Of a stretch of DNA of 64,000 nt, positions 17,715 to 27,976 are shown one piece after another (the stretch's first letter is position 1; every line of letters starts with the position of its first letter). The DNA is from a virus (taxonomy: Duplodnaviria > Caudoviricetes). Below the pieces are notes generated by a model. The model searched no databases. It saw only the letters and a list, made by a program, of their open reading frames with translations, and was not told where the DNA came from. Where the stretch lies: positions 51,253 to 115,252 of the IMG/VR virus record IMGVR_UViG_3300017917_001910. One strand, written 5' to 3'. Position numbers and translations under genes: made by a program.

Positions 17715-18366
17715 AATCTAATATCTTACCAACTAAATCACTACGATGATTTTCTTTTAACTTTATCCACTTAATTTCTTCTATTTTTTTAGATAATTCA
17801 ATTGCATAAGTAAGCCCGTTTACTTGACCGTCTGGAGTTCTAATATCGCTTTGCTCATTATCGCCATTTATAACAATTTTACCTGTTTTTCCTAATCTAG
17901 TTAAAAGAGCTAACATTTCTCCTTTAGTTAAGTTTTGAGCTTCTTCAACTATAAGAATATCATCCATTGTTTTGCCTCTTACAAATTGCACAGGCATTGC
18001 TTTTATTTTTTCCTGCTCAATTAATTTTGCTACCTCTGTTTTATCAACGCAACATTTATTTAAGTTTTCTATTAAAGCTTCTAAATACGGGTCAAATTTA
18101 TCTTTTAAATCTCCAGGTAAATATCCAAAAGTTCTTCCAACTTCCACGGCTGCTCTAGTGTTATAAATACATTCGATTTGTTTTTTCTTTAAGAAGTCTA
18201 AAGCAGCTTGAGCACATACTAAACTTTTACCACTACCAGCTCTTCCGGTAACAACTACTATTTGATTTTCTACAATTAATCTTTTAGCTTCTTTTTGCTC
18301 TTCGTTTAATTGAACAGCACTAATTGCTTTAATTTCCGTTTTACGTTGACGATTTGGATCTTTCAT
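17698..18366 (-). CDS. phoH: PhoH-like ATPase
   Basis: GRAGSGKS Walker A, GYLPGDL, FVRG, EEAQN, LTRLG, GDNEQSD and HRS motifs; start placed at MKDPNR. Confidence 0.92.
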   Translation of the reverse strand: MKDPNRQRKTEIKAISAVQLNEEQKEAKRLIVENQIVVVTGRAGSGKSLVCAQAALDFLKKKQIECIYNTRAAVEVGRTFGYLPGDLKDKFDPYLEALIENLNKCCVDKTEVAKLIEQEKIKAMPVQFVRGKTMDDILIVEEAQNLTKGEMLALLTRLGKTGKIVINGDNEQSDIRTPDGQVNGLTYAIELSKKIEEIKWIKLKENHRSDLVGKILDYEYGN

Positions 18367-18510
18367 ATTTATAACTAAATTTAATATAAATATCATTCGT
18401 TGTTAAAAAGTATAAGCACACTTATACACTAATATTTTTCGTACTCTATATAAGAATATTACTTTTAAATAAAAGTTCGTATACGATAAGATTTTGGGGC
18501 GTATGAACAT

Positions 18511-18537
18511 AAAAAAAGACGGAATTTCTTCCGTCTT
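18511..18537 (-). terminator. Terminator after the major capsid gene
   Basis: AAGACGGAA/TTCCGTCTT stem plus T-run. Confidence 0.85.
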
Positions 18538-18560
18538 CTTCTATTTTATTTTATTTAGAA

Positions 18561-20321
18561 TTAGATTCTATTTAAATCCATTATTCTAATTACTCCGTAA
18601 AATTCTGGGCGGACGATCTTCTTAGCGTAACGTGTCATTACACCTTTTCTTGGAGTGAAGTTATTCGGATCGTAAACTAAAGGAGTCATAATCAATGGAA
18701 CATATGGACTATAAACCGCACCTGTTTCTAAGAATTGATTTCCTCTGTAACCCATTAAAATGGTACTTTCTAACATATAAGGGTTTTTGTAAACTTGGAA
18801 ACGATTATTCATCATACCTGTTTTTTGAACACCCATTGCAAATTGCATTTTATCACCATTAGTATCTGCTGCATATCCTGGAATAGATTCTAAGATAGTA
18901 GCAACGTCTGGAGAACAAACTAAGAAGTTCGCACCACCACGCATTGTTTTTTGATGAATTTTGTTAGATACTTTTTGGATTTTAGTTCCTAAAGTTTGGA
19001 ACCAAGTTTGTTGATTGTAGAATGCTCCTGTTGCCGCATCAACGATACCAGCATTTGCACTAGTAGGTAATACTGAAGTAGTAGTTAAGTTAGTATCTAC
19101 TGTACGACCAATTACTGCTGACCATCCCTCAACTGTCACTGCGTTTTGAATTAACATATCTAAAATCTCTAAATCAATTTCTTGAGAGATATACTCAGAT
19201 AACATTGAAGTTAATTCTGCTTCAGCATCAATTGCGTGGTATGCATTTAAATCTTGAGCAAATTCTGGAGTCCAAATAGCTTTTAATTTACGAGTCTTAG
19301 CAACGATTGGCTCAGAACGTAATTCAACGTTTATTTCTGGAATGTTAACGTTAGTATCGATTGATGTAGCATTTGTAGAACTATATCCACCACCATTACC
19401 ATATCCACCAGCTTCAAAATCACCACGACCTGCTGCTGTAGGTTGTAATTCATAGAATATTGTCATACCACCTGTTGCACCTTGATTAAATACTGTTGCA
19501 GCTGACGCAGAAACAACAAATGTAATTTGTGAATTATCTGAATTTACTCTAGTAAACTGCGGGAATGCAGTTATAGTACCAGTTGATGAAGAAATATTAA
19601 ATGCTCTTACGCCTTCTGTGTCAAAGTTAGGAATTGAACTAGATGCAATTATAATAGTTCTCATACAAGTATTTGTAGATGCTGCTAATGAAGCAGAATA
19701 AGTATTAAAGAATCTTGTATCATAATTGTAATCAGATGCTACAATCGAACCGGTTGTATATACACCAGTTGCAGGTGCTGAACCTGACACTAAAGCCGCA
19801 CTAGCTGTAGTAGCAATTGAATAACCAAATCTACCAGCACCATAAAGACCACCTGACGGATCACCAGTTGTACTAGTTACACCAAATACTGAATTAGTTT
19901 GGTAACCTGGCTGACTAGGTAATGCACCAGCAGTATTAGTCGTGCTAAAACCTGCTTGGTTTGTAGTACCATATTTAAAATCTAAATAAAATACTAGACC
20001 TGAAGGTAAAGACATTGGTTGAACTGAAACGAAATCTTTTGCAGCAATTTCACTGAAAATACGTCTTACTAACGGAAGCGCAACACCTGACCATTCTTCT
20101 GATCCTGCTGCTGTACCTGTTCTGCTAGATTCTGTGATTAATTGCTTAGCTTGGTTTTCTAATAAAATTGAGATGCTAGCTCTGTCATATTCGCTATCAA
20201 CTCCTTCTAACAAACCGGTCTTAGACCATTTGTTAACTAAACCTTTAGATTCTTCTAAAAGTTGAAAAGATCTATCTTGTGTAGATGAAACGATCTTTTG
20301 AATTGCATTTAAATTACTCAT
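18561..20321 (-). CDS. Major capsid protein (T4 gp23-like)
   Basis: LPLVRR, VSVQPM..PSGLVF, KTRKLKA.WTPEFAQDL.A.H.IDAEAEL, YVPL and PRKGVMTRY motifs. Confidence 0.97.
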   Translation of the reverse strand: MSNLNAIQKIVSSTQDRSFQLLEESKGLVNKWSKTGLLEGVDSEYDRASISILLENQAKQLITESSRTGTAAGSEEWSGVALPLVRRIFSEIAAKDFVSVQPMSLPSGLVFYLDFKYGTTNQAGFSTTNTAGALPSQPGYQTNSVFGVTSTTGDPSGGLYGAGRFGYSIATTASAALVSGSAPATGVYTTGSIVASDYNYDTRFFNTYSASLAASTNTCMRTIIIASSSIPNFDTEGVRAFNISSSTGTITAFPQFTRVNSDNSQITFVVSASAATVFNQGATGGMTIFYELQPTAAGRGDFEAGGYGNGGGYSSTNATSIDTNVNIPEINVELRSEPIVAKTRKLKAIWTPEFAQDLNAYHAIDAEAELTSMLSEYISQEIDLEILDMLIQNAVTVEGWSAVIGRTVDTNLTTTSVLPTSANAGIVDAATGAFYNQQTWFQTLGTKIQKVSNKIHQKTMRGGANFLVCSPDVATILESIPGYAADTNGDKMQFAMGVQKTGMMNNRFQVYKNPYMLESTILMGYRGNQFLETGAVYSPYVPLIMTPLVYDPNNFTPRKGVMTRYAKKIVRPEFYGVIRIMDLNRI

Positions 20322-20364
20322 AGTAATGTTTATGTTTTTTTGTTTTTAATTGTTAATTATTTAA

Positions 20365-21306
20365 TTATTTTAAACCTGCTAATTTCTTAAATCTGTTCGC
20401 AATTTGTTCGCCTTCAGATAAAATAGTTTGTTTAGGTTTTGTTGATGCAACTGGTTTAGATGCAACTGATTCTTTTACTAATGTTTTTCTGCTTGAGAAA
20501 GATTCAGATAAAGTAGCATATACTAATTTAACTTCTCTAATTGTTCTAGCACGATCGAAAGTATCAATTACTTTAACTTTTTGCGATTCATTTAAAGTAT
20601 GAGCTTTAAATAATTTGTTTGTGAATAAAAGTTTTGCATTAAGCATATTAACTTCATTTAAACTATCTTTCATAGTTTTAATTGCGCTATAAGCTTCTTC
20701 TAACTCTTTTTTCATTTTAGCATTTTCTTTAGCTAATAAAGTATCTTTTGCATCAACTTTACCATCGCCATCGTAATCCATATCGTTATGCTCCATACCA
20801 TATTCATCCATTTCTTCTTCATCGCCCATTAATTCTTCTAATAAAGCATCAATGTCTACTTCTTCTTCAATAGCATCTGGATCTTCGCCTGGGTTTAAAT
20901 CAAACTCGTCCATCTTGTCCATTTCATCTTCTTCGTCTAACTGACGTAAGATTTCTGATAAATCATACTCATCTAATTCTTCTTCTGCTGGCATTTCTTC
21001 TGCTGGCATTTCTTCTGCTTCTACGCCTCTTGACATAATGTCGAATTCATCGAATTGTCCATCACCATCAGTGTCAATTGATAAATCTCCTACGTCCATT
21101 CCGTCATCTTCCATTCCTGGAGTTTCCATTGGCATTTCATCTTCCATTCCTTCTTCATCTTCCATTCCTTCTTCTGCTAAACGAGAAGAAATCATAGATT
21201 GAATTCTTGGGGTGAATGCTTCTTCCAAAGCTAACTTAGCATTAGCAATGGCTGTTTCTTTAACTGCTTTTGCATCAGCAATAGCTTCTTTTAATAAGTC
21301 TTGCAT
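20365..21306 (-). CDS. Prohead scaffolding/core protein (T4 gp22-like)
   Basis: Highly acidic centre and coiled coil, directly upstream of the capsid gene; C-terminal RFKKLAGLK. Confidence 0.8.
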   Translation of the reverse strand: MQDLLKEAIADAKAVKETAIANAKLALEEAFTPRIQSMISSRLAEEGMEDEEGMEDEMPMETPGMEDDGMDVGDLSIDTDGDGQFDEFDIMSRGVEAEEMPAEEMPAEEELDEYDLSEILRQLDEEDEMDKMDEFDLNPGEDPDAIEEEVDIDALLEELMGDEEEMDEYGMEHNDMDYDGDGKVDAKDTLLAKENAKMKKELEEAYSAIKTMKDSLNEVNMLNAKLLFTNKLFKAHTLNESQKVKVIDTFDRARTIREVKLVYATLSESFSSRKTLVKESVASKPVASTKPKQTILSEGEQIANRFKKLAGLK

Positions 21307-21331
21307 TTTTATCTTTATGTGATTTTTTTAT

Positions 21332-21414
21332 CCGCACGAAATAAATCGGTATAGTTATTAGTGAACTATAAAAGCGGTTTAGATATTTTTGTAATCGTAT
21401 ATTAGAAATACGAT
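21332..21414 (-). promoter_or_regulatory. Structured 5' leader with twin hairpins
   Basis: TATAGTT-CACTAAT-AACTATA and ATCGTAT-TTCTAAT-ATACGAT. Confidence 0.55.
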
Positions 21415-21487
21415 ATTGGAATTTATTATATATATTACCGATGTTACAAAAACATTATACTTTTTGATACTTTTTTGTATATTCAGT

Positions 21488-21516
21488 AAAAAAGCCCCAA
21501 TTTCTTAGAGCTTTTT
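21488..21516 (-). terminator. Terminator
   Basis: AAAGCTCTAA/TTGGGGCTTT stem plus T-run. Confidence 0.65.
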
Positions 21517-21525
21517 AAGATTTAA

Positions 21526-22071
21526 TTATTTAATACCTGCTAATCTTTTAAATTTATTAATTTCTCTTTCATTTATTTCATGAGCAATAACACTTCTTCT
21601 ATTCTTTAAATATGAATCTTGTTTGTCTACTTTACCATCATTATTAATATCACTATCTTCATGACCTACTGCATCTAATTCATTTTCGTTTATCTTGTAA
21701 TATTTATTTAATACACTTCCGATATCTTCATAAACGCTTTCTAATCTTTGTTGTAAAGTATTAATTTCACCAGCTGTCTTTTCAAATAATTGCATAGAAC
21801 TTTCTAATGTTTTCATATGACGTCCTACTGTAATACTATCAAAGCTTCCTTCTGTTTCTTGTAAAGTCATATCTTTAGCTTTTTGAATTACATCTTTCAT
21901 TTCATTAGTAATGTTACGTAATTCGTCTGCTCTGTATATATGATTGCCATATTCATTAAACTTGCCAATCATCTCCATGATTTCTTTTTTATCTTTAGGA
22001 GATAATTTTATTTTTTCTGATGCTTCATTTTGCATCCACTTTTCGCTTATAATTCTTTTTAAACTAGTCAT
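21526..22071 (-). CDS. Putative prohead core / internal head protein
   Basis: [10 protein letters not shown]-terminus, [11 protein letters not shown]-hand-like loop, C-terminal KFKRLAGIK. Confidence 0.6.
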   Translation of the reverse strand: MTSLKRIISEKWMQNEASEKIKLSPKDKKEIMEMIGKFNEYGNHIYRADELRNITNEMKDVIQKAKDMTLQETEGSFDSITVGRHMKTLESSMQLFEKTAGEINTLQQRLESVYEDIGSVLNKYYKINENELDAVGHEDSDINNDGKVDKQDSYLKNRRSVIAHEINEREINKFKRLAGIK

Positions 22072-22075
22072 TGTA

Positions 22076-22537
22076 TTATTCTTTATTAAATGGTTTACCT
22101 TTTTCATCAGAATTAATTTTTTCTACACTTACTCCGATAAATTGTACTGGCTTTCCTATTTTGTCATTAACTACTAAAAAATTAGTCATTGAAGTATTCA
22201 TGATTCTAATAATATAATATTGGCCGGGCTTCCCGTTAAATTCTACTTTAAATCCAGGCTGCACTTTAAAGTTAAGATTTTCTGTTGGCGGAGGAGTAGG
22301 TTTTGGTTCTTCCGGTACATCATTAACAGCAGGTCTTTGCTGTGGTTTTGTAGGTACTGGCGGCTTTGGTTGTGTTCTAGCTGGTTGAGGTGCAGGTCTT
22401 GCAGGAGCTGCTCCGGGTACTCCAGGTTCTTGTTCTTGAAGTCTTTTACGATTCGGATGAGCGTGCGTAACAACTCCCCAAGTACCAAAGGCTTCATTTA
22501 AAAGACCTCTAAGTTTTATTTTATTATCTTTTGCCAT
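22076..22537 (-). CDS. Pro-rich hypothetical head-region protein
   Basis: [10 protein letters not shown]-terminus and a Pro-rich linker. Confidence 0.6.
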   Translation of the reverse strand: MAKDNKIKLRGLLNEAFGTWGVVTHAHPNRKRLQEQEPGVPGAAPARPAPQPARTQPKPPVPTKPQQRPAVNDVPEEPKPTPPPTENLNFKVQPGFKVEFNGKPGQYYIIRIMNTSMTNFLVVNDKIGKPVQFIGVSVEKINSDEKGKPFNKE

Positions 22538-22544
22538 TTTCTTA

Positions 22545-23150
22545 TTATTTAAAGTCTGTTATTATATCTGTGATAATTTTTTCTACAGAATAATATTTGT
22601 TTGTTATGTTTATTTGACCAGAACCTTCATTAATAGGTCTTAAGTAAGCTCCTTGGGTTGATGGACTAGAAACAAAGTCAAAGCATAATAAATTAAAATC
22701 ATCTTGAACTTGTACATGTCCTTGCTCGTCAATTTGCTTAACTGAACCTAAACCTCTTGAACTAATACCTAATTTAATACCGGCTTGAAATAATGCTTTT
22801 AAAATATTTCCGCTAGGTGTAGGTAATACTTCAACAGTTCCTACTAAATCATCACCGTCCCAATGCATCTCTAAAATATTATGAGAAACATTATTTAAGT
22901 TAATAACTGAAGAATCTGGATGATCTAATTCTCCCAATGCTCTTCTTTCTTTAACTTCTTGTCCAAGATATCTAGAAGCTTCACGCTCTAATATAGGTCT
23001 AGGATAAGTTCTTCCGTTATGATTAAAAGCATCTGCTCGTTGTAAAGTACCTTTAACAATTAAACGACCGCCATTTTGTTCTAGCGATTCATTAATCATT
23101 TGAGGCGTTACTTCAAACGGAAGATAATCTATAAGTAAATTAGTATTCAT
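22545..23150 (-). CDS. Prohead protease (T4 gp21-like)
   Basis: NHNGRTYP, ALGELDHP, GISSRGLGS and DFVSSPS motifs. Confidence 0.95.
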   Translation of the reverse strand: MNTNLLIDYLPFEVTPQMINESLEQNGGRLIVKGTLQRADAFNHNGRTYPRPILEREASRYLGQEVKERRALGELDHPDSSVINLNNVSHNILEMHWDGDDLVGTVEVLPTPSGNILKALFQAGIKLGISSRGLGSVKQIDEQGHVQVQDDFNLLCFDFVSSPSTQGAYLRPINEGSGQINITNKYYSVEKIITDIITDFK

Positions 23151-23159
23151 TTTATATAA

Positions 23160-24446
23160 TTATCTTAAGATGTTCTTTTTAAATGCATCCCAAAGATTAA
23201 AACTTTCTTTTAAGTTAGTTTTCTTTTCTTTACCAGGGACTGACATAGATTTCATTCCTTTAGAAGCTTTAGGTTTCATTGTCATTTCTTTAACGCCTTT
23301 AGGTTTTCCAGAAGCTTTTTCTTTTTTATTTAAAGAATCATTAGCATTTTTCTTAGCAGCATCTTTTTTAGATACTGACATTTCATTTGCTTTATCTTTT
23401 AACTTATCAGATACTTTATTAAGCTTCTTATCTTTTACTTCGGTAGGTACATCTGATCTTTTGCCTTTTGTTTCTTTAACATTAGCAATTAGATTACTGT
23501 AAAACATTGGATCTTTCTTTAATTTCTTAACTGCTTTATCCATTGCTTTTTCGTAATCGTCAGTATCTACCATTTCTATTCTAATTCCTTTTCTTAATTC
23601 GTAAGGATTAACCATATCTACATCAGCAATATCTTTATTGCCGTAGTTAGTTTTATCAGCTTTCTTTTTATCTTTAGGATCGGTTTTAGCTTTTTTAGCT
23701 TCGTTAATAGATTTAACCATTTCAATAGTACTATCATCCCATTCATCTACATCTCCATGTGTTGTACTTCCTTCGCATGTATACTCATTACCATCTTCGT
23801 CTGACCCCATTAATATTATAGCATCAGTATAACCACCGCCATCAACATTTTTCTCTACAACTTCATAATCATCCCAAGTAATAGTTTTTCCATTATACTT
23901 TGATGTTACTGGCTTATTATTGTATGTGCTAAGCTCATTAACAGCATTACTTTCCATAGTTACTGTAACTGGTTCTTTTGTAGTAGGATAAGCTTCATTT
24001 AAATTAGTTTTAAGGTAATCTAAATTAATATCAATAGGTAAACTAATATTTCTATCTTTAGCTAATTGATTATGGGGTGCGATAGTAATTTCATCAGGTT
24101 TAACTCTGCTATCAGAAGCTCTCATACCTGCTTTAACTACTTTCCATTCTTCACCGTCTTTAAATTTAAGAATGTCGCCTACTTTATAATTTTCGATTGA
24201 CATATTAGCTTCATTCATTTCTAAATCTGCAAGATTATTTATCATTACAGCTACTTCATTTCGCTCTTCATCATCCATAATGCCCATTCCTTTCATCATT
24301 TCATCTCTTTCATTAGCATCTGAATTGCCAGAGTTATTATAAATCTCTTTAGCTATTTGTTCTAACTCTCTTCTTCTTTCTGGAGTTACTGCTTCGAAGA
24401 TTTGTAATGTATCACCTTTGATACGAATTTTATTTTTAAGTCTCAT
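23160..24446 (-). CDS. Hypothetical multi-domain head-region protein
   Basis: Repeated (L/I/M)NEA segments between domains; Lys-rich C-terminus. Confidence 0.6.
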   Translation of the reverse strand: MRLKNKIRIKGDTLQIFEAVTPERRRELEQIAKEIYNNSGNSDANERDEMMKGMGIMDDEERNEVAVMINNLADLEMNEANMSIENYKVGDILKFKDGEEWKVVKAGMRASDSRVKPDEITIAPHNQLAKDRNISLPIDINLDYLKTNLNEAYPTTKEPVTVTMESNAVNELSTYNNKPVTSKYNGKTITWDDYEVVEKNVDGGGYTDAIILMGSDEDGNEYTCEGSTTHGDVDEWDDSTIEMVKSINEAKKAKTDPKDKKKADKTNYGNKDIADVDMVNPYELRKGIRIEMVDTDDYEKAMDKAVKKLKKDPMFYSNLIANVKETKGKRSDVPTEVKDKKLNKVSDKLKDKANEMSVSKKDAAKKNANDSLNKKEKASGKPKGVKEMTMKPKASKGMKSMSVPGKEKKTNLKESFNLWDAFKKNILR

Positions 24447-24464
24447 GTTATTTTTATTTTATTA

Positions 24465-25196
24465 TTATGCGCTTAGGTTTTTTAAGTAACTCGAAACTCT
24501 ATTTAATCTTTCAGAAAGCTTAGATAATTTTTCTTTTGTTGATTTCCAATACATTCTATTATCAATATTCATTTCATTTTTAAGTTTCATGTTTCTTGAA
24601 ATAATCTTTTCAATTTCATATAACTTAGTATATACTTCAGCAATTGCGTAGTTTACTTTTTTTTTAGGAGAAACGGCAGGATCATTTTTAATATCATTAT
24701 ACTTACCTTCTTCTATTATACTATACATTTCAGACATCATTGTCTTGTAGTTTGATTCTTTTAATGATTTAGTATTTTTATTGGGCGCGCCTACTTTTTT
24801 CATTCCATATGCCGTGATAGCACTTTCCGGGGCTTCATGACCAAAAGCATTAGGTGTTAAATATCCAGGAACTCCGGCTGATGTAGAAGCTTCTGCTAAT
24901 TCTCCAACATTAGAATCGATAATCTCAATTCCATATTCGTTAAAGATATTAATTAATTCTTCAATAATATTTTCGTCTTTAGATTTATATACATTAGAAC
25001 CATCCATATTTAAAAATGAATCTCTTAAAGCTCTTCTAATGAAAATATTATCATGAGCAACATCCATTGCTTTTTTAGCATCTCTAATAGATATTTCTAG
25101 ATAATATGGTTCTTTAACAATAAAATCATCTTCGACGATATTGTTTATTTCATTAAATTTATCTTCGATTTCTTGTAAAAGTCTTTTGAATGCCAT
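24465..25196 (-). CDS. Hypothetical head-region protein
   Basis: FKRLLQE N-terminus; EASTSAGVPGYLTPNAF motif. Confidence 0.6.
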   Translation of the reverse strand: MAFKRLLQEIEDKFNEINNIVEDDFIVKEPYYLEISIRDAKKAMDVAHDNIFIRRALRDSFLNMDGSNVYKSKDENIIEELINIFNEYGIEIIDSNVGELAEASTSAGVPGYLTPNAFGHEAPESAITAYGMKKVGAPNKNTKSLKESNYKTMMSEMYSIIEEGKYNDIKNDPAVSPKKKVNYAIAEVYTKLYEIEKIISRNMKLKNEMNIDNRMYWKSTKEKLSKLSERLNRVSSYLKNLSA

Positions 25197-25197
25197 A

Positions 25198-26052
25198 TTA
25201 ATTAATTTTTTTAAGTTCTTTTACTAATTCAAAGTATCTTAATAAAGACAATACATGATTATCTTTAATTACTCTAGACTCAGTAATAGTAGTTAATAAA
25301 TTATTTACTTCTGATAGTTTAATTTGAACTACTTGATTATCACATTTTTTAATGTTTTTATCTAAGTCCGTTTTAATTGTTTTAACAGAGCTAATTACAA
25401 ATTCAAATAATTCATTTTGGTTATTTGGAGAATTCGTGATATAGAGCTTTAATAATTGTTTTTGATTAGGATTTAGCTTCTTATACTTATCATTAAATTT
25501 CTCTAATAAAATTTTATATGATAATAATCTAATATCTTTATCTTCTTTGCCAAACTGCGTTTCAATTAAACTTTCTACACTAGGAGTATCTTCTGGTTTT
25601 CTGATTAAGTGTTCAAAAATACAAGATTTAGAATCTACAACATCAACAGGATTATCTGCTTCAGCATATTCAAATAATTTATATACGCTAGCTAATACTT
25701 TGTAATTATTTACTTTATGTTGAAAGAAATCTTCTAATTTATAGCTTTCACGAATTCTTTTAATTAAACGATATTTTAGTTTTTCTAAAGACTGTTCGTC
25801 TAATTTTTTCCTTGATTTAACTACGGCTTCTAATAATTGCTCAGCTTTCCATTCGCTAGAAAGTTTTTCATTAGTTAAAGTTTGATATAGTTTTAGTTCA
25901 TGAGCTAAGCCATTTTTCTTAGAGAAGAATTCCTTTACAATTTGAATTGCTTGTGAGTCTTTATTATTTAAAATATCAGAAGTTATTTGTCTTACTAATA
26001 ATTCAAATATTATACCTGTGTTGCGAAGCTTATTATGCTTAATTTTTTTCAT
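25198..26052 (-). CDS. Conserved hypothetical protein next to the portal gene
   Basis: KIKHNKLRNTGIIFELLVRQ N-terminus; helical. Confidence 0.65.
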   Translation of the reverse strand: MKKIKHNKLRNTGIIFELLVRQITSDILNNKDSQAIQIVKEFFSKKNGLAHELKLYQTLTNEKLSSEWKAEQLLEAVVKSRKKLDEQSLEKLKYRLIKRIRESYKLEDFFQHKVNNYKVLASVYKLFEYAEADNPVDVVDSKSCIFEHLIRKPEDTPSVESLIETQFGKEDKDIRLLSYKILLEKFNDKYKKLNPNQKQLLKLYITNSPNNQNELFEFVISSVKTIKTDLDKNIKKCDNQVVQIKLSEVNNLLTTITESRVIKDNHVLSLLRYFELVKELKKIN

Positions 26053-26107
26053 ACAGTATTGATACTATGTATATATTACATTAATAATTATTTACGATGT
26101 TAATAAA

Positions 26108-27931
26108 TCATTCCGAAATGTTAGATTCATCTAGATAAGTCCCTGCATCAGCGTCTTGTTTTTTACTTGGCTGAATACTTTCCAAAATTAATTTTTTAGA
26201 TGTATTTTTCTTTACATGAACTAATCCTAATCTTTTTGCAGCATCTTTACTTGATGACGTATTTACACCTTCTTTAACAGATAAGTCTATACCTGGTTTA
26301 AATCCTTTAGAACCAATCGGATCTCTTCCTAATGAATGAGCATCAGTTCCATATATAGAACCACCTTTTTTAGGTCTTCCGTTATTTTCTATTTCTGTAT
26401 CACCTCCAGCATTTCTTTTACTTACATGTAAACTAGCAATATCATGAGGCGTACCAAAAGATTCTCCAGTTAATAATGGATCATTCCCTTCTTCCTCGAT
26501 TTGAGTTTGACGGAAATTATTTTTCATGTCATCTAATACTTTATCTCTTTCATTTTGCCATTCATTATCAGATAGTTTAAATATATTTTTATAAATCCAT
26601 TCTTCTGATAATAATTTTGCTTCTTTAATTTCTTTTGCTAATTCAATCTTCTCTTTCCAAAGCGCAATTAATTCTTGCTCGTAAACAATTGATGGAGTAG
26701 TTAATCCAATTTCAAAATTTACTAAATCTTCGTCTTTATATCCTTGAGCGAATAAATGAATAACAGCAATTTTAGTAAGCTCTGAAACTATAATACGTTG
26801 TACACGTTCTATTGTTCTAGCAAAACGAACATCCTCAGCAGCTAATAATGCTTTACCAGCAATACCTTCATCAAATGTTAAAAATGCTTTAGGTATTTTA
26901 AGACCCGCTAACATTCTATTTTTTAAGTATTCGATATCTTCAATGCCTGTAAATTCCATTCCAGATAAAGTATCAATTTCAGTACCAGAAGCACCTCCAC
27001 GAACTGGAAGATAAAAGTCTTCAAGCATATTCATTAAATTGAACTTTAAATCATAGTCTCCCGTTTGTTGGTCAATATATGGCTGCTTTTTCATTTTATT
27101 CATGATTTGCTGCATATAGTTATCGACTTCGTTTGGCGGTATATTACCTACGTCTATTTTAAAAATACGACGCTCCGGGGCTCTCATTACACGATGAATT
27201 AACATCGCATCTTCCATCATTGTTAATTGTTTCCAAACTTTACGAGCTGGTTCTAATATTGATTTACCGTAAGGTAAGAAGTTTGAATCTGTTAATAAAC
27301 GGAAATGAGCAACTTCGTAATTTTTATATTTAATCTTATTATTGCCCATAATAGAAAATTGTACATGATAAGGATTGTTTGGATCTGTTCCTTCTTCTCT
27401 AATTACTTCATAAGCAGAAAGTGGAGTAACATTAACAATACCAATATCTTCTCTAATATCTAAGTATAAATAAAAATCTCCATATTTATTCATACTTCTA
27501 ATCCAAGGCCATAAGTTAAATTCTACATTTAAAATATCGTAAAATAAATTCTCTAATACTTTTTTAATTGTTTCGTCTGAACTTTTAATGGTTAAGATTT
27601 CATCATATTCATTTTTACGGGTTGATTCGTCAGAGTAAATATCTAATGCTGCTGCGATAATAGAATCCATATCCATGATTTCATAATCAGTGTATAGTTC
27701 TGTTCTTGAGCTTTGATAATTGTAGTTATTATTATAAGTAGATATACTCGGCTTAATACCATGTAATCTAGTAAATCTATCTACATATTTTGATTGTTCA
27801 AGATTACCTGCTGATTGTAATCTATCAGTATCAATTACTCTTAATTTTTTACCGCCGACTCTACGTACGATAACGTTATTAGAAAATAATCGACCTAATC
27901 TTGCTCCTAATGATTTATCTATTAATGACAT
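26108..27931 (-). CDS. Portal protein (T4 gp20-like)
   Basis: MEDAMLIHRVMRAPERRIFKIDVGNIP and EDFYLPVRGG..GTEIDTL motifs. Confidence 0.97.
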   Translation of the reverse strand: MSLIDKSLGARLGRLFSNNVIVRRVGGKKLRVIDTDRLQSAGNLEQSKYVDRFTRLHGIKPSISTYNNNYNYQSSRTELYTDYEIMDMDSIIAAALDIYSDESTRKNEYDEILTIKSSDETIKKVLENLFYDILNVEFNLWPWIRSMNKYGDFYLYLDIREDIGIVNVTPLSAYEVIREEGTDPNNPYHVQFSIMGNNKIKYKNYEVAHFRLLTDSNFLPYGKSILEPARKVWKQLTMMEDAMLIHRVMRAPERRIFKIDVGNIPPNEVDNYMQQIMNKMKKQPYIDQQTGDYDLKFNLMNMLEDFYLPVRGGASGTEIDTLSGMEFTGIEDIEYLKNRMLAGLKIPKAFLTFDEGIAGKALLAAEDVRFARTIERVQRIIVSELTKIAVIHLFAQGYKDEDLVNFEIGLTTPSIVYEQELIALWKEKIELAKEIKEAKLLSEEWIYKNIFKLSDNEWQNERDKVLDDMKNNFRQTQIEEEGNDPLLTGESFGTPHDIASLHVSKRNAGGDTEIENNGRPKKGGSIYGTDAHSLGRDPIGSKGFKPGIDLSVKEGVNTSSSKDAAKRLGLVHVKKNTSKKLILESIQPSKKQDADAGTYLDESNISE

Positions 27932-27976
27932 TTATATCTTTATTATAATTATATGTTTTATGGAATAATGATGATT

